Of a DNA stretch of 64,000 bases, positions 39,808 through 50,020 are shown one piece after another. Position 1 is the stretch's first letter; every line of letters begins with the position of its first letter. The stretch comes from Ignavibacteriales bacterium. Lineage in GTDB: Bacteria; Bacillota_I; Bacilli_A; RF39; UBA660. Location of the stretch: positions 86,640-150,639 of the forward strand of contig JBLNAG010000001.1 of the NCBI GenBank assembly GCA_050259235.1, read 5' to 3'. Position numbers and translations under genes: made by a program. A model generated the notes under the pieces. It was given only the letters and a program-made list of their open reading frames with translations. It was not told where the DNA came from and searched no databases.

Positions 39808-40919
39808 TACTTAATCTCCAAATAAAATGTGTCGGGATTTTCAGGATCAAATAATTCATTACACCAAATTAGCAAAATCATCTCACCATCACCAATGTTT
39901 TCAATATTATGAGTATATCCTACTGGAATTGTAACAATTTCAATATTATTTTCATCAACAACAAATTCGACCTTTTCTCCAGTAACAACATGTTCAAATT
40001 TTATTTTTGCTATTCCCTTGATAACGATAAATCTTTCTACTTTAGTATTATGATAATGATTTCCACGAATTACATTTGGTTTAGATATTGATACGGAAAA
40101 TTGCCCACAATTTAATGTTCTATTTATTTCAGTGAAACTACCCCTATCATCTACATTTTTCTTAGTTAAAATATGCATTTGATCTATAGGAACATAGCTA
40201 ATGTACGTAGAATATAATTTTTTAATAAATTCATTCCCTGTTTCGGGGGTATATATTGATCTCATTGAATCCCTAAATGAATATATCAATTTTGAAAGAT
40301 TTCCAAGTGTAATCTTTTTTACTGGTTTAATATAATTAATTTGCTTTTTTATTCTAATATTAGTTTTATTATTGTCAGTTACCAAAGATATAAGTTCTTT
40401 ACATATATCATCTATATATATCAACTGAATTTCAGTTTTTTTATCATTTATTTGAATTGGCAGATCATTTGCAATATTATAACAAAAAGTAGCCACTACA
40501 GAGTTATAATTTGGTCTGCACCATTTTCCAAAAACATTATGAAATCTATAAATAATACCATATTTATAATTGTTAATAATATAGTCTTCAGCTTGTTTTT
40601 TGCTTTTACCATAATCATTATCTAATTCAGCTTGAATGCTTGATGAATAAATCAAAGGTATTTTTTTATTTTTTTCATTTAAAAGATTAATAATATCTTT
40701 GGTTAAATTAGTATTTCCTTCATAAAATTCTGATACATCTTTTGGCCTATTTATCCCAGCAAAATGAAATATAAAATCGATAGTATCAATATTTTCTTTT
40801 ATTTTTGAAAATTCATCTTCCACGTTAAATTCAATCACTTCAACATCTTTAGTTTCTCGTAAGAAAACCAGCATATTTCTACCAATAAATCCTTTTGAAC
40901 CAGTTAATAATACTTTCAT
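39807..40919 (-). CDS. fnlB: CapF/FnlB-like bifunctional UDP-sugar reductase/epimerase (N-terminal SDR plus C-terminal cupin)
   Basis: MKVLLTGSKGFIGRN Rossmann motif, then FGKWCRPNYNSVVATFCY, VDDRGSFTE, IPVGYTHNIEN, FDPENPDTFYLE. Collinear with S. aureus CapF (369 aa). Confidence 0.85.
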   Translation of the reverse strand: MKVLLTGSKGFIGRNMLVFLRETKDVEVIEFNVEDEFSKIKENIDTIDFIFHFAGINRPKDVSEFYEGNTNLTKDIINLLNEKNKKIPLIYSSSIQAELDNDYGKSKKQAEDYIINNYKYGIIYRFHNVFGKWCRPNYNSVVATFCYNIANDLPIQINDKKTEIQLIYIDDICKELISLVTDNNKTNIRIKKQINYIKPVKKITLGNLSKLIYSFRDSMRSIYTPETGNEFIKKLYSTYISYVPIDQMHILTKKNVDDRGSFTEINRTLNCGQFSVSISKPNVIRGNHYHNTKVERFIVIKGIAKIKFEHVVTGEKVEFVVDENNIEIVTIPVGYTHNIENIGDGEMILLIWCNELFDPENPDTFYLEIK

Positions 40920-40932
40920 AATAACCTCCTAA

Positions 40933-41928
40933 TTATTGAAATAAATCTAATTTTAATAATAACTTTTTCATTCCTTCAACATCAAGTCTTACAGTATTAT
41001 GAGAATTATATTCTTCAATATTATTAAAATCAGTTATTCCCTTTGTCTCATATTTTGCATAGTTTAAATTGCGATTATCAGATGGTATTTTGAAATAATC
41101 TCCAAGATCTACTGCATTTACCATTTCCTCTTTTGTAACTAAAACTTCATATAATTTTTCACCATGTCGTTCTCCGATGTTTTTAATTTCAGCATCGGAT
41201 TTTTTTAATTCTTTGATAGCTTGCGCTAATACATCAATTGTTGCAGCAGGAGCTTTTTGAACGAATAAATCTCCTTGTTCTCCATGTTCAAATGCATACA
41301 ATACCAAATCAACAGCATCATCTAATGTCATCATAAAACGTGTCATATTTGGATTTGTAATTGTCAATGACTTACCAGCTTCAATTTGGTCTAAAAATAA
41401 TGGTATTACAGATCCACGTGAAGCCATTACATTTCCATATCTAGTTCTACATATTACTGTTTGATCTGGTCGCAAATTTCTTCCTTTTGCAACTGCAACT
41501 TTTTCCATTAAAGCTTTGCTCATTCCCATAGCATTTATAGGATAAGCTGCCTTGTCAGTACTTAAACATATTACTTTTTTAACACCTTTTTCAATTGCAG
41601 CAGTTAAAACATTATTTGTTCCTAAAATATTTGTTTGCACTGCTTCAATTGGAAAAAATTCACACGAAGGGACTTGTTTTAATGCGGCAGCATGGAATAC
41701 ATAATCTACCCCCTCCATAGCATCACTTACACTGGAATAATCACGTACGTTTCCGATGTAAAATTTAATTTTTTCATTATTGTATTTAATTCTCATATCT
41801 TCTTGTTTTTTTTCATCTCTTGAAAATATTCGTATTTCCTTTATATCTGTGTCAAGAAATCTTTTTAGTACAGCATTTCCAAATGATCCTGTACCACCTG
41901 TAATTAATAATATTTTGTCATTAAACAT
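40933..41928 (-). CDS. fnlA: CapE/FnlA-like UDP-GlcNAc 4,6-dehydratase/5,3-epimerase
   Basis: MFNDKILLITGGTGSFGNAVLKRFLDTDIKEIRIFSRDEKKQ...HAAALKQVPSCEFFP...STDKAAYPINAMGMSKA, near-collinear with Cap5E/FnlA. Confidence 0.9.
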   Translation of the reverse strand: MFNDKILLITGGTGSFGNAVLKRFLDTDIKEIRIFSRDEKKQEDMRIKYNNEKIKFYIGNVRDYSSVSDAMEGVDYVFHAAALKQVPSCEFFPIEAVQTNILGTNNVLTAAIEKGVKKVICLSTDKAAYPINAMGMSKALMEKVAVAKGRNLRPDQTVICRTRYGNVMASRGSVIPLFLDQIEAGKSLTITNPNMTRFMMTLDDAVDLVLYAFEHGEQGDLFVQKAPAATIDVLAQAIKELKKSDAEIKNIGERHGEKLYEVLVTKEEMVNAVDLGDYFKIPSDNRNLNYAKYETKGITDFNNIEEYNSHNTVRLDVEGMKKLLLKLDLFQ

Positions 41929-41957
41929 AAACTTTCTCCTTTTCTTATTATAAATAT

Positions 41958-43025
41958 TTATTTTTTGTTATTAATTTTTAATTCCTCTATTTTTTTATCG
42001 ATATATTCAACCATTTCAGTTATACAATTATTTGAATAAAATCTTCTCATTACTGTATAAAAATTGTACATACTACCCTCTAAATTAATCTTCACTTCAT
42101 CTGGTATATTATCAATAATTTTTTTTCTTGCTTCATTTGTCTCAATTATTACTTTTTCGTTTGTATTTGTAACTTGTTCACCATGACTTCTTATCAGTGT
42201 AGTTGCAATAGGTATACTAACAAATCGGTACTTTGGCATGATTCTAGACCACATTTCTCGCTCTTGGGAAATTCTAAGTTTTTCGTTAAAAAGGCCAACT
42301 TCATCTAATATTTTTTTACTTATTAACACTGAACCGCCATTTATTTCTCCTTGCAATAATGCATACTCAGGTTTAAGCTTGGTCATTTTATAATCAAAGC
42401 AATGTAAATTGCACGTTACTGTTTGATCTAACAGTATATTTAAATCTTTATCAACAATATTGAAATTAGTATAAGTTACTACATTTCTATCTGAAATATT
42501 TGCTAAATATTCAATATGTGTTTCAATATTATTAGGTAAATATATATCATCATGGCTTAACCAAGCAAAATATTCACCAGTCATATTTTTTATGCCATAA
42601 TTTAATGCAGATGAAACGCCACCATTTTCTTTTTTTAGATATCTAATTCTATTTTTATATGATTTTGCAATTTTCTCCGTTGCACCATCATCATTACTGC
42701 CATCGTTAACCACAATTATTTCAATATTTTTATATGTTTGAGACAAAGCACTATCAATTGCTTGTCCTAAATATTTTTCTCCATTATAAACTGGTATTAT
42801 TATTGAAACTTTTGGGTTAAATATAGTAGAATCAAGATTTTTCATTTCAATTTTTTTTAATCGCAAATCAATATCGTATAGTAATTGATTTGTATTGTTA
42901 TTAAATTCATAAATTTTATATTCTAAGACATTATACATTTTATGCATTCTAACTTCAAAATCATAAGTACTTTCATTAACAATCGTTCTTACAATTTTTT
43001 TTATTACTTTTTTAAGAAATTTCAA
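41958..43025 (-). CDS. GT2 glycosyltransferase
   Basis: VSIIIPVYNGEKYLGQAIDSALSQTYKNIEIIVVNDGSNDDGATEKIAKSY is a clear paralog of the GT2 domain of the 827-aa protein. Confidence 0.75.
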   Translation of the reverse strand: MKFLKKVIKKIVRTIVNESTYDFEVRMHKMYNVLEYKIYEFNNNTNQLLYDIDLRLKKIEMKNLDSTIFNPKVSIIIPVYNGEKYLGQAIDSALSQTYKNIEIIVVNDGSNDDGATEKIAKSYKNRIRYLKKENGGVSSALNYGIKNMTGEYFAWLSHDDIYLPNNIETHIEYLANISDRNVVTYTNFNIVDKDLNILLDQTVTCNLHCFDYKMTKLKPEYALLQGEINGGSVLISKKILDEVGLFNEKLRISQEREMWSRIMPKYRFVSIPIATTLIRSHGEQVTNTNEKVIIETNEARKKIIDNIPDEVKINLEGSMYNFYTVMRRFYSNNCITEMVEYIDKKIEELKINNKK

Positions 43026-43101
43026 GATTATTACCTTCTTCCATAATGTACTTTAACATTTTAATTTGATTCATATAGATAAAAACTTATAAAATTGAAT
43101 A

Positions 43102-44385
43102 CTACTTTATGAATTTCTTATCCTTTAATAAGCTTTTATTAATATTTGTCCATTTATTAACAAAATAGTTACCCTTTTCCATTATTAGTTTAGTATGATT
43201 ATCACTACCGCTTTTTGTTGTTTGATGTGGCAAATGCTTTATGCCAAGATATGGACAATAAACTATCTTTTTACCTACATTACGAATCTTCATTGAAATA
43301 TCAGTATCCTCATAACAAGTAGGGTCATAATTTATATCAAAACCATCTATTTCATTAAACAATTTACGTTCAAGAATCATTCCGCCAGTACCTAAATAAC
43401 CAATATCATCACGATACAAACCATTTGGTGGCATATATCTGTAAGGAAAATTATCAGTTACTTGGCAAGCGTAACCTTTTTTATTAAACCATCCTGCTGC
43501 CCAACCAATAGCACCAATCGAAGTAGAATTGTCAATAATATCAAGGTAATTGTCTAACCAATAATCATTTAATACCCATTGATCACTATCTAAAAACATA
43601 ATATATTTTCTATTTGATAAATTAACACCTAAATTTCTACCAGACGAACACCCATTTTTACTATTTTGAATTAATTTAATTTTATTGGTGTACTTTTTAA
43701 TTAGATTTTCATAAGACCCATCAACACTTCTATTGTCAACAACAATAACTTCATAATTGTATCTTCCATTATGTTTTAATAAGGAGTCAATACAAGTATC
43801 AATAATGCCCATATTATTGTAATTTAAGACAATAATTGATATGTTTTCATAAAATTTATGATTACAATATCCTTTTTTATCCACAAGTCTTATACAATTA
43901 TTATATACATTTTCTTCTTTAGTACCGTTTAGTATATATGCCTTCTTTAAAAGGGATTTGTGAACATATTTTTTTAATGAATGGTCTAGAATAAAAATAT
44001 CGTTATCACTTATATTAACATTAATCTTATTTTTAATTTTAATATGCTTACTTACGGGTAATATAGTATTTGTTTGATTCTTATAATTATTTAAATAGTA
44101 ATATTCAACTAAATAACCCATTTCGTTTAAGATATTTGCATAATGGTTATTGATGTAATCACCATCGTTATAATACACGGGATAACTGGATACAATAAAT
44201 GCTTTTTTTAAATTTTTATAAAATATATTCTTTTTATTTTTTTTCTTAATTATATATAATCTTTTTTTATTTGCAACTATTTCAGATTTAAATTTCAAAC
44301 GTAAATATAAAATAATTTTTTTTATTGTATTTTTTAGCCCATTCTCATTAAAATTTTTAATAATCTTAATAATTTTATTTTTCAT
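43102..44385 (-). CDS. GT2 glycosyltransferase with ~170-aa N-terminal domain of unknown function
   Basis: C-terminal ISIIVLNYNNMGIIDTCIDSLLKH...VVDNRSVDGS...DSDQ GT2 motifs (rhamnosyltransferase-like). Confidence 0.7.
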   Translation of the reverse strand: MKNKIIKIIKNFNENGLKNTIKKIILYLRLKFKSEIVANKKRLYIIKKKNKKNIFYKNLKKAFIVSSYPVYYNDGDYINNHYANILNEMGYLVEYYYLNNYKNQTNTILPVSKHIKIKNKINVNISDNDIFILDHSLKKYVHKSLLKKAYILNGTKEENVYNNCIRLVDKKGYCNHKFYENISIIVLNYNNMGIIDTCIDSLLKHNGRYNYEVIVVDNRSVDGSYENLIKKYTNKIKLIQNSKNGCSSGRNLGVNLSNRKYIMFLDSDQWVLNDYWLDNYLDIIDNSTSIGAIGWAAGWFNKKGYACQVTDNFPYRYMPPNGLYRDDIGYLGTGGMILERKLFNEIDGFDINYDPTCYEDTDISMKIRNVGKKIVYCPYLGIKHLPHQTTKSGSDNHTKLIMEKGNYFVNKWTNINKSLLKDKKFIK

Positions 44386-44414
44386 TTTCCACCTCCTACT
44401 TAATAAAGAAAATA

Positions 44415-45161
44415 TTACTTGTTTTTCATGTAATTTATATACTCATCACACACTTTATTAGCAGGACCAACTTTTATAATTTCGCCTTTATCTAACCATA
44501 TGACCTTATTACATAAAGATTTAATTGAATCTATTGAGTGAGAAACATATAAAACTGTAGTTCCCCCACCTATCATATTTCTCATTTTATTTTCACTTTT
44601 CTGTTGAAAGTTAATATCTCCAACGGATAAAATTTCGTCAACAATTAATATTTCCGGATCAACTACTGTGGCAATAGAAAAAGCTAATCTTGCCACCATT
44701 CCAGAGGAAAAATTTCGAACTGGAACATCAAGAAATTCAATTAATTCAGAAAATTCAACAATCTCATCAAATTTACTATCTATAAATTTTTTTGAATATC
44801 CTAACACAGCACCATTCAAATAAATATTTTCTCTGGCTGTTAAATCCGGATCAAAACCAGCACCAAGTTCAATCATAGGACAAATATTACCTCCAATTTG
44901 AACTTTTCCTTTTGTAGGCTTCATAACCCCAGCAACGATTTTCAATAATGTTGATTTTCCAGCACCATTGCTACCAATAAATCCTACAACTTCGCCCTTT
45001 TCAACTTCAAAATTAACATTTTTTAATGCCCAAAAGTCACTTTTATTTTTCTTTATTTTGCCACTAAATAAATCAACAAAAAATTGTTTTATAGAGAAAT
45101 TTCTTTCTATTCCCAAATTAAAGCGCATCGATACATTTGTAATTTTTATCATTTTTTTCAC
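44415..45161 (-). CDS. tagH: ABC transporter ATP-binding protein, polysaccharide/teichoic acid export (TagH/Wzt-like, short form)
   Basis: Walker A GSNGAGKST, signature LSGGM..., Walker B ILIVDE; NLGIERNFSIKQFF N-terminus typical of TagH/Wzt. Confidence 0.85.
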   Translation of the reverse strand: MKKMIKITNVSMRFNLGIERNFSIKQFFVDLFSGKIKKNKSDFWALKNVNFEVEKGEVVGFIGSNGAGKSTLLKIVAGVMKPTKGKVQIGGNICPMIELGAGFDPDLTARENIYLNGAVLGYSKKFIDSKFDEIVEFSELIEFLDVPVRNFSSGMVARLAFSIATVVDPEILIVDEILSVGDINFQQKSENKMRNMIGGGTTVLYVSHSIDSIKSLCNKVIWLDKGEIIKVGPANKVCDEYINYMKNK

Positions 45162-45166
45162 CTTCT

Positions 45167-45976
45167 CTATACATAGTAAATAAATTTATCTTGATATTTT
45201 CTAAAAATAAATAGTCCTATAAATAATGTAATTAATGCTGACGTTCCACACCAAATAAAATTAGACAGAGTTGGTAATTGGCTTTCCAAAATAATAGTAC
45301 GAGCAAAATCAATATATTGATATAAAGGATTTAATTTAAAAAAGAACTGATATTTTGGTGCAATCATAGAAATATCATACATAATTGGAGTTAAATAGGT
45401 CCATATTGTAATAACAATTCCATATATATAGAACATATCTCTTAAAAAAACAGATATAGTAGCTAAAACAAAGCTAACTCCAATCGTAAACAATAATAAG
45501 CACATAAATGCATATGGCAATAGTAAATGTAAAAAAGTTATTGCACATTCAGTATCACCACTACCAGTAAATATTATGACAAGATAAAGAGGTATTAATG
45601 TTAGAAGAAAATTAATACCTACAAATAAGATTTTTGATAAAGGAAATATATATTTAGGAATATATATTTTATTTATCAGTGAAAAATTAGCTACAACAGA
45701 ACTCATAGCAAGATTAGATGCTTCACTAAAATAATTAAAAAATGTTAATCCTATCATTAAATATACTAGATAGTTAACACCTGGCACACTAAATTTAAAT
45801 ACATTTGAAAAAACTAATGCCATAACAGTCATCATCAATAAAGGATATAATAAACTCCATATAACACCTAAGAAAGATCTTTTATATTTAACCTTAAAAT
45901 CTCTTGCTATTAATTGTTGCAATAAAAAAGAGTATCTTTTTAAATTGTAATATATATTTTTTATAAACATAAACAC
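45167..45976 (-). CDS. tagG: ABC-2 type transporter permease (TagG/Wzm-like)
   Basis: 269 aa, 6 TM helices, ABC-2 family layout; immediately upstream of tagH. Confidence 0.8.
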   Translation of the reverse strand: MFMFIKNIYYNLKRYSFLLQQLIARDFKVKYKRSFLGVIWSLLYPLLMMTVMALVFSNVFKFSVPGVNYLVYLMIGLTFFNYFSEASNLAMSSVVANFSLINKIYIPKYIFPLSKILFVGINFLLTLIPLYLVIIFTGSGDTECAITFLHLLLPYAFMCLLLFTIGVSFVLATISVFLRDMFYIYGIVITIWTYLTPIMYDISMIAPKYQFFFKLNPLYQYIDFARTIILESQLPTLSNFIWCGTSALITLFIGLFIFRKYQDKFIYYV

Positions 45977-46181
45977 CCTCCATATATATAAGCATTTGTT
46001 TACCTAGTTAATTATAACATATATTTTCGACTTTTTTCAATTATTTTTGCTTTTTATAACTGGTTTTCTATTTAAAAATATCAATATTAATATAATTATT
46101 TGTTACTTAATCTTTACATTATCCAAATACTTACAGTTCACTTTTAAGTTAAAATAAGATATAATTAATTAAGGTGATAGT

Positions 46182-47978
46182 ATGAGAAATATAAGTAGAA
46201 AAGATGTAATTAATGAATTAAGAAAGCAAAATAATATCTCGAATAAAGATAATATGGTTATAAACACTATAAAAGTAACATTTTTAATAATTGCGTTAGT
46301 AGTAAGTGTAATATATTTAATTTATACAATATCTACTTCTAAAGATGAAATAAATCAAATCTATTTAATAATAAATAGTTCAATTATTACTGGATTAATG
46401 TTATTTTTGTCATTAGCAATGATAATAAAAAAGAAAACAATCCAAGGATTACTTTCTATATTTACAGCAATGATATTTATTTGTTTTATTGGATTTAATA
46501 TATCAGTAAGTGCTAATAAATTAAAGTTACCTTTACAAGCAACACTCCAAGATTTTACTAGTGCTAATATTAATGATGCACTACTCTGGGCTAATGAACA
46601 TGATATAAGTGTTGAAACTTTATATGTAAATAGTGATGATGTTGAAGAAGGTAATATTATAAGTCAAGATATAAAACCTAACACCTTATTAAAAGGAATT
46701 AAAAAAATTGTCCTTACAATATCTAGTGGTCCAAATTATGATAAAGAAGTGGTTATCTCCAATATGATTGGATGGAATATTGATGAAGCTTTAAAAGTAA
46801 TAAAAGATAATTTTTTAAATAATGTTACTATCAATTTTGAAGTTAATGATAGTATAGAAAAAAATATAATTATTAGTCAAAGTGTTAATGGACAGATAAA
46901 AAGAAATACTAAAATAGCTATTACTGTTTCACTTGGTAGTGCCTCTACCCTAGCCCCAATTGAAATTATTGATTTAAAAAATAAAAGTTTATTTGATGCA
47001 ACATATTACTTACAAAATAATGGTATCCAATATGAATTAACATATGAATTTAGTGATAAAGTCAAGAAGGATTATATTATTAGTCAAAGTGCTAAAAAAG
47101 GAACAACAATTGATCCAAAAGTTGATAAAGTTACTTTGATTGTTTCTAAAGGTAAAGAAATTAAGAGCCCGGATTTAAAAGGTATGGAAGTTGAAGAAAT
47201 CGTTAATTGGGTTATTAAAAATAATTTAAAAATTGTATTTGAAGAACAATATGATTATAGTATTAAATTAGGTGAAATAATCAGCACTAATTATAAAAAA
47301 GATGATATTATTTCTGAAGGTACTATTATTAAGGTAGTTACTTCAAAAGGTCAATTAATGATGAAATCATTTAATAATTTAAGTGAATTTAGAACATGGG
47401 CAGCTAGTTATAACATTGCATATAAAGAAGTATATGAATACAACAACACAGTTGCTAAAGGTAATATTATAAAATTATCTCAAGAAGCTAATACGCCAAT
47501 TGATCCAACATCTACTATAACTGTTTATGTATCAAATGGTAAACCAATTACAGTTCCATATTTTATTGGTAAGAATAAAACTACTATAGTTAGTAACTGT
47601 AACAGTTTAGGATTAAATTGTACATTCTATTATACTGGGTATTCAAACACAGCTAAAGATGTGGCTACTAATCAAAATGTTGCTAGTGGTGCTACTGTTA
47701 TATCTGGCACTTATGTAAGTATTGGTTTAAGTAGTGGACCTGCTCAATCATTTAGTGTTTATATACAAGATACATTATTTGGGTCAACTGCTGATGCTAC
47801 TATTGCTAATTTAACATCTTATTTTAATACAAATTGTCCTGGAGTATATTTTACATATGTTAAGAAGAGTTCTAACACTGGTGCAGCAGCAGGATTCATT
47901 CATGAAGATTCACCAATTAAAGGTGGTAATAATACATTTACTCAAGGTCGTACATATACAATTTGGGTAATACAATAG
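46182..47978 (+). CDS. Membrane-anchored multi-PASTA-domain protein (no kinase or PBP domain)
   Basis: N-terminal TM helices, then at least 5 PASTA-like ~65-aa repeats (e.g. IISQSVNGQIKRNTKIAITVSLG, IISQSAKKGTTIDPKVDKVTLIVSKG). C-terminal ~90 aa of unknown function. Confidence 0.65.
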   Translation: MRNISRKDVINELRKQNNISNKDNMVINTIKVTFLIIALVVSVIYLIYTISTSKDEINQIYLIINSSIITGLMLFLSLAMIIKKKTIQGLLSIFTAMIFICFIGFNISVSANKLKLPLQATLQDFTSANINDALLWANEHDISVETLYVNSDDVEEGNIISQDIKPNTLLKGIKKIVLTISSGPNYDKEVVISNMIGWNIDEALKVIKDNFLNNVTINFEVNDSIEKNIIISQSVNGQIKRNTKIAITVSLGSASTLAPIEIIDLKNKSLFDATYYLQNNGIQYELTYEFSDKVKKDYIISQSAKKGTTIDPKVDKVTLIVSKGKEIKSPDLKGMEVEEIVNWVIKNNLKIVFEEQYDYSIKLGEIISTNYKKDDIISEGTIIKVVTSKGQLMMKSFNNLSEFRTWAASYNIAYKEVYEYNNTVAKGNIIKLSQEANTPIDPTSTITVYVSNGKPITVPYFIGKNKTTIVSNCNSLGLNCTFYYTGYSNTAKDVATNQNVASGATVISGTYVSIGLSSGPAQSFSVYIQDTLFGSTADATIANLTSYFNTNCPGVYFTYVKKSSNTGAAAGFIHEDSPIKGGNNTFTQGRTYTIWVIQ

Positions 47979-48004
47979 AAAAGACATTTATTGTCTTTTT
48001 TTGT
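47979..48004 (+). terminator. Rho-independent terminator after the PASTA gene
   Basis: AAGACA-TTTAT-TGTCTT followed by TTTTTTT. Confidence 0.6.
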
Positions 48005-48077
48005 TGAAAAAATACAATTTTAAATATATAATATGAATTAAGAACATACATGTTTTATAATAGTAAGAAGGAATAGC

Positions 48078-49094
48078 ATGGAAAGAAATAAAACAATTGA
48101 TGTAACAAAAGGAATTGCAATTATATTGGTGGTAATTGGTCATTGTATTCAATATGGAATGGGCAGTAGTTGGATTAATAATTGGTATTTTTTTCATGAT
48201 GTAATTTTTAAACTAATATATGGATTGCACATGCCTCTTTTTATTCTTATAAGTGGTTATTTATTTTTTAGTACCATAAAAAAAAGAAATACAATTGAAA
48301 TAATAAAAAGTAGAATATTCAATATTTTAATTCCTATATTTTTATGGGTTATCCTGTACAAAATAATAGATTTATTGATATTTGAAAAACCTTTTATATT
48401 TGATACATTTTTTTATGATTTCTTTAACAGTCTATGGTTTTTATGGGCAATATTTTATATTTCTCTAATTGTCCTATTTGTTAATAAAATTTTTAAAGAT
48501 AACATATTTATATATGTATTAATAAACATCCTGCTTTTGTTATTAACAGATAAATATAACATTGCATTATATTCATATTTATATCCATATTTTATAATTG
48601 CTTACTTTTATCATAAATACCAAACAAAAATTAATCAATTTTTATATAAAATAAATGATTATATTAAAATATTAATATCCGGGTTATCATATTTTATATT
48701 AATGAGTTTTTATAATATTAATTGCTATATATATATTGGGGGATTTAGTATTATAAACAAAGATATATTGCCACAGTTAAAAATAGATATTTATCGATAT
48801 GCAGTAGGTTTTTTTGGTTGTATATTTATATTATCCCTTATAACTATGATATTAAAAAGTAAACCAAGAAAAGAATGGAAAACCTTAACAATTTTAGGTC
48901 AAAACTCTCTAGCAATATATACGGTATCTTGTTATTTGAATTGTAATTTATTATTGTTATTAACACCAAATGCCCCAAGTAATTATTATGTTGTTATAAT
49001 TGAATCAATATTAATGATTGGTATTTGTCTTATCTTTGCAACTTTAATAAAAAAAATACGGATCTTAAATAAGTTATTATTAGGGGGAAGATAA
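48078..49094 (+). CDS. Acyltransferase family 3 (OatA/NolL-like membrane O-acyltransferase)
   Basis: IDVTKGIAIILVVIGHC N-terminal motif of Acyl_transf_3; 10 TM helices. Confidence 0.8.
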   Translation: MERNKTIDVTKGIAIILVVIGHCIQYGMGSSWINNWYFFHDVIFKLIYGLHMPLFILISGYLFFSTIKKRNTIEIIKSRIFNILIPIFLWVILYKIIDLLIFEKPFIFDTFFYDFFNSLWFLWAIFYISLIVLFVNKIFKDNIFIYVLINILLLLLTDKYNIALYSYLYPYFIIAYFYHKYQTKINQFLYKINDYIKILISGLSYFILMSFYNINCYIYIGGFSIINKDILPQLKIDIYRYAVGFFGCIFILSLITMILKSKPRKEWKTLTILGQNSLAIYTVSCYLNCNLLLLLTPNAPSNYYVVIIESILMIGICLIFATLIKKIRILNKLLLGGR

Positions 49095-49099
49095 TACAA

Positions 49100-49127
49100 T
49101 AAAAAAGACGAATTAATCGTCTTTTTT
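49100..49127. terminator. Bidirectional terminator between the acyltransferase gene (+) and htpX (-)
   Basis: AAAGACGA-TTAA-TCGTCTTT hairpin flanked by A-run and T-run. Confidence 0.6.
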
Positions 49128-50020
49128 TATTGAATGTTTTGTAATCTTTCAATTCTATTTTCAATTGAAGGATGAGTACTCCATAATGAATTTTGTTTTT
49201 TTCTTTCTTTTACTAATGGATTAACTATAAATAATGAACTGGATGATTTATTAGCTTGTTCTAATACTTCCTTATCATCAGTTAATTTTCTTAAAGCACT
49301 AATTAATCCTTCTTTATTTCTAGTTAATTCTACGGCCTTAGCATCTGCTAAATATTCTCTATTACGTGATATAGCTAACTTCATTAATTCAGCAAATATA
49401 GGTGATAAAACAATAAATATAATGCCAATTATAGCAATAATAGCACCTGCTTTATTATCATCATCCCTACTACCTCTACCGCCATAGAACATTGATCTAG
49501 TAACAGCATCAGATAATATTACAACAAACCCAACCATAACAATAACAATTGTTTGAAGTAAAATATCATAATTACGAATATGAGATAACTCGTGAGCTAT
49601 AACACCTTCTAATTCATTCTTATCTAATTTGTTTAATAACCCAGTTGTAATACAAATAACAGCATGTTCAGGATTTCTGCCTGTTGCAAAAGCATTTAAA
49701 GCAGTATCTTCCATTACATATAACTTTGGTACAGGTATATTAGCTGCAATACATAATCCTTCTAAAATATAGTTTAATTGTAAATACTCTTCTTTAGTAG
49801 CTACTCTAGCTTTATTTAATTTTAAAACTATTTGATCAGAGTAATAGTAAGCATTATATGAAATTAAAATTGATATTGTTAAACCGAATATAACAGCAAA
49901 TATTACATTATCAAAGAATATTACTGATAAGAAATAAACAAATAAAGTAACAAACAAGAAAAATAAACTTACAATAAAGAATGTTTTTCTTTTGTTTTTT
50001 CTTACATCTCTTAAAATCAT
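49127..50020 (-). CDS. htpX: Zinc metalloprotease HtpX (M48)
   Basis: HELSHI (HEXXH) motif, 4 TM helices, about 300 aa. Confidence 0.85.
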   Translation of the reverse strand: MILRDVRKNKRKTFFIVSLFFLFVTLFVYFLSVIFFDNVIFAVIFGLTISILISYNAYYYSDQIVLKLNKARVATKEEYLQLNYILEGLCIAANIPVPKLYVMEDTALNAFATGRNPEHAVICITTGLLNKLDKNELEGVIAHELSHIRNYDILLQTIVIVMVGFVVILSDAVTRSMFYGGRGSRDDDNKAGAIIAIIGIIFIVLSPIFAELMKLAISRNREYLADAKAVELTRNKEGLISALRKLTDDKEVLEQANKSSSSLFIVNPLVKERKKQNSLWSTHPSIENRIERLQNIQ

